DNA of 64,000 nt, from contig NIVC01000374.1 of NCBI GenBank assembly GCA_002269645.1, positions 310,001 through 374,000 of the forward strand, in the 5' to 3' direction. Shown here piece by piece: positions 63,301 to 64,000 of the stretch (positions within the stretch are counted from its first letter, which is position 1; every line of letters begins with the position of its first letter). The notes below the pieces were generated by a model. The model did not search any database. It was not told the DNA's origin and saw nothing but the letters and a program-made list of their open reading frames with translations. This DNA is from Macrostomum lignano (Eukaryota). Position numbers and translations under genes: made by a program.

Positions 63301-64000
63301 TAGTACAACAGGACGTAAAACTCAATGATTGTGAATTTTTGAAGGCCAATTTCCTGGGAAAAAACACACTGCGGAGATAGGAAAAATTCTTTATTCATCA
63401 CAAAATCAATGATTGCATTTGATCTGGGGGGTCAATACCATTCCTTTAAATTTAGAACGTTGTAAATAAGCTGTAAATACTCACAAGAAAAATATTTGTT
63501 TAGTTCATTCTTCTATAAAGTATATCTGTAATAAAATTGTCGCGTGCAGGTACACTCTTAAGCCATTATTGAAGGTGTTTACCAATATCATTTTTCATAT
63601 TTTGCTGACCTAATGTCTAGAAAGCTATCAACTCGCAAACAGTACACTTTGGCAGTACTTTACTGCCAGTACTAGGATGGTCATTCAACTGAATGTAGCC
63701 CAGAATTATCTTTTGCCAAATTTGTATGGCAAAAATTTTGTTTTTTTTCTTCACAAAAGGAGACAATGCAGGGAGTAAAAAGTTTTAGACAAGCCCTTAT
63801 TATCTAAATTAGGGAAGGGAAGAAATGATTACAGATGTTCCAGAGCAGCGGCAGGGTCCTATTTAGAAGGATAATTGCAGTTCTTTTTACTTCAACACCT
63901 GCGCTGCGCAGGGCTACAAATATTTCATGAAAATGGCTCTCGCCTGCCTACTATGGAAATCCTTATTAAGAAAAAGCTACTTCTGTCAGGAAAATACCTG

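Overview
Eukaryotic, intron-containing animal DNA. A free-living flatworm such as Macrostomum is my guess from GC-rich exons, minisatellite-stuffed introns and an FMRFamide-receptor-like GPCR; this is inference only. Most entries in the supplied ORF track are translations of tandem repeats, not genes. Four genes can be rebuilt by hand with GT-AG junctions and consistent phases: a 6-exon 26S proteasome lid subunit PSMD13/Rpn9 (minus, 1542-11535, 393 aa), an intronless two-domain Ly6/uPAR GPI-anchored protein (32596-33249), a 4-exon orphan Cys-rich secreted/GPI protein (39307-41643, 329 aa) and a 3-exon class A peptide GPCR (51591-54063, 500 aa). About 30 tandem arrays (units 4-42 bp, roughly 21 kb by hand estimate) occupy about a third of the window; in two of the genes almost every intron holds its own array. 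The standout is a full-length 4448-bp Ingi-like LINE (minus, 55027-59474) with a 12-bp TSD in a (CAA)n tract. Its first 69 nt fold into a complete HDV-like ribozyme, followed by a 2A-like motif, two PHD fingers, APE, RT, RNase H and a CCHC knuckle, broken only by one missing base in a homopolymer. Also present are a tRNA-derived SINE with TSD, several MITEs, Helitron-like ends and a degenerate Penelope-type hammerhead motif. All structures were read by eye; no searches were run.
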